Source of the DNA: Candidatus Eiseniibacteriota bacterium
Lineage (GTDB): Bacteria; Eisenbacteria; RBG-16-71-46
NCBI GenBank assembly: GCA_041498315.1
Contig: JBGQIE010000003.1
Location: forward strand, 1 to 53,568
Direction of reading: 5' to 3'
DNA: 53,568 nt
The notes below the pieces were generated by a model. The model was given only the letters and a program-made list of their open reading frames with translations, had not been told where the DNA came from and searched no databases. Below, piece by piece: positions 52,065-53,568 of the stretch (position 1 is the stretch's first letter; the number at the start of each line of letters is the position of its first letter). The translations under genes and the position numbers were made by a program.

Positions 52065-53568
<1,504 letters not shown>

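Overview
Very GC-rich bacterial chromosome segment from a diderm organism, judged by several signal-peptide/beta-barrel genes; the lineage cannot be fixed from sequence alone. It spans the replication origin (oriC-dnaA-dnaN-dciA-gyrB-[beta-barrel-like gene]-gyrA-rex) and ends in groES-groEL. The left part holds thiL (partial), an MFS transporter, a DAACS symporter, an M16 peptidase pair and a translationally coupled five-gene poly-gamma-glutamate operon (pgsB-pgsC-pgsW, an exported tandem-domain protein, an outer-membrane beta-barrel). Next come an ARPP-1/DUF6569-like gene and a divergent XRE/S24-like repressor with three candidate operators, an ArfB-like release factor, a complete Pho locus (phoB-phoR-porin-pstSCAB-phoU) and a NitT/TauT-type ABC transporter. 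The right part holds EamA, an ABC system with a TPR/hydrolase-fold protein, HDAC, CorA, an unannotated promoter-driven structured RNA candidate, and redox, nuclease and regulator genes. No rRNA, tRNA, CRISPR array or mobile element was seen. Best leads: (1) a putative outer-membrane export module for poly-gamma-glutamate, (2) the ~250-nt orphan structured RNA at ~44930-45186, (3) the ARPP-1/XRE switch. All family assignments come from motif recognition by eye; no database search was run.
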